A stretch of DNA of 64,000 nucleotides. It comes from an uncultured Verrucomicrobiae bacterium. Lineage in GTDB: Bacteria; Verrucomicrobiota; Verrucomicrobiia; Chthoniobacterales; JAFAMB01. The position numbers and the translations under genes are program-made. The stretch covers positions 32,001-96,000 of the forward strand of contig CAWEXO010000014.1 of assembly GCA_963813025.1 (NCBI GenBank). Direction: 5' to 3'. This document shows, piece after piece, positions 62,771 through 64,000 of the stretch; position 1 is the stretch's first letter, and each line of letters opens with the position of its first letter. The notes below the pieces were generated by a model. It was not told the origin of the DNA. It searched no databases and worked only from the letters and a program-made list of their open reading frames with translations.

Positions 62771-64000
62771 TTATTCCGGAGGCGCTTGATTCAACTTGTT
62801 CCGCAGGGTCCGGATGCTGATACCGAGCATTTGCGCAGCCTGTGTCCGGTTTCCGCCCGCCTTCTGGAGGATGTGGTGGATGTACTGACGCTCAATCTTT
62901 TCCAGCGGCAGGATTTGCTCCGGGAAGGTTAGCGCGTCTGCCTCGATTGTGCCGCTGGCCAGCTTTGTCCGGAGACTCACCGGGAAAAGGGGTGCGAGAA
63001 CTGCCGCCGTAATCGGTTGGCCCGATTCCGCCAGAATAACCGCCCGCTCGATGACGTTCTGTAACTCACGGACATTCCCCGGCCAATCGTAGGCGCTCAA
63101 CAGCCGGATTGCATCCGCCGAAATAGTGGGAGGCCGGACGCCGTGCTTGCGGGAAATGCGCTCGAGGAATAGCCCGGTGAGTTGGGATATGTCCTGTTTC
63201 CGTTGCCGCAAGGGCGGAACAAAAACGGGGAAAACATTTAATCGGTAATAAAGGTCCTGGCGAAACTCACCGCGTTTGACAGACTCCTCCAGATTGCGAT
63301 TGGTCGTGGCAAGCACGCGCACGTTCACCCGCAAAGTCCGGTTGCCGCCGACTCTCTCAAATTCCCGTTCCTGCAGAACCCGCAACAGCTTGGCCTGCAG
63401 TTTCAGCGATACCTCACTGATCTCGTCGAGCAGGATCGTGCCGTTGTTGGCTAGCTCGAAGCGCCCTTCCCTCTTTTCGCTCGCTCCGGTGAAGGAGCCC
63501 TTTTCGTGACCAAAGAATTCACTTTCGATGAGAGTCTCCGAAATAGCCGCGCAATTGACCTTGATGAATGGTTGCTTGTTCCGGCCACTGGCTCGGAAAA
63601 TTTCCCTCGCGACCAACTCCTTGCCGGTCCCATTCTCGCCAATAATTAAAACCGTGGCTTCAGTCGGCGCGACCTTTTGGATCATCTGACGCATCTGCCG
63701 GATAGGCTCGGTTTCACCAATGAGCGGCGCGGAATCGGCGGCTTGATCAATCAGCACCTCGTTAATCCGGATTGCTTGCGTGAAATTGTCCGCTTTCCGA
63801 ATGATGACGTCGATCTGGCTGGTCGTGAATGGCTTGATGATATAGTCGAACGCGCCAGCCCGAATGCAGGTAACGGCGGCCTCAATCGTGCCGTAACCCG
63901 TCATCATCACCATCAGCGGTCGATGGGGAGCAACCGCCAATCGGTTCAGGAGGTCGGTTCCATCGCCGTCCGGCAGGCGAATATCAACAAACATGAGATC
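62771..64000 (-). CDS. Sigma-54 dependent response regulator (NtrC family), 5' end outside window
   Basis: Receiver D, GENGTGKE, GSFTGA, YDWPGNVREL, Fis HTH. Confidence 0.93.
   Translation of the reverse strand, partial: DLMFVDIRLPDGDGTDLLNRLAVAPHRPLMVMMTGYGTIEAAVTCIRAGAFDYIIKPFTTSQIDVIIRKADNFTQAIRINEVLIDQAADSAPLIGETEPIRQMRQMIQKVAPTEATVLIIGENGTGKELVAREIFRASGRNKQPFIKVNCAAISETLIESEFFGHEKGSFTGASEKREGRFELANNGTILLDEISEVSLKLQAKLLRVLQEREFERVGGNRTLRVNVRVLATTNRNLEESVKRGEFRQDLYYRLNVFPVFVPPLRQRKQDISQLTGLFLERISRKHGVRPPTISADAIRLLSAYDWPGNVRELQNVIERAVILAESGQPITAAVLAPLFPVSLRTKLASGTIEADALTFPEQILPLEKIERQYIHHILQKAGGNRTQAAQMLGISIRTLRNKLNQAPPE

Overview
64 kb of bacterial chromosome, probably Verrucomicrobiota (Chthoniobacterales/Spartobacteria-like); this is inferred from gene content and repeat style only. 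The left ~38 kb is an IS-rich accessory region. It holds sugar and nucleoside utilisation genes (frameshifted GH20, sugar-binding protein, allose-type epimerase and ROK kinase, ribose-type ABC transporter, nucleoside hydrolase), three GT4 glycosyltransferases and a stand-alone IcmF-like mutase. Mobile elements include two IS110, three IS630, one IS1380, two IS256, an IS3 remnant and MITEs. The right part is mostly housekeeping (CNNM pair, CysJ-like, ErpA, mutL, ybeY, ppk2, S9 peptidase, HDAC, fabG, ftsH, NtrC-type regulator). Most notable: (1) a tandem pair of ~115-120 bp miniature IS110 derivatives docked at the right end of an intact IS110, whose left end has a readable bridge-RNA-like donor loop; (2) a 2-TM protein next to a divergent diadenylate-cyclase (DisA_N) gene; (3) a 170-bp internal mutL duplicate behind a duplicated mutL leader, which could delete the ATPase domain; (4) different elements stacked end-to-end at shared CTAG sites and (GCTAGT)n microsatellites.
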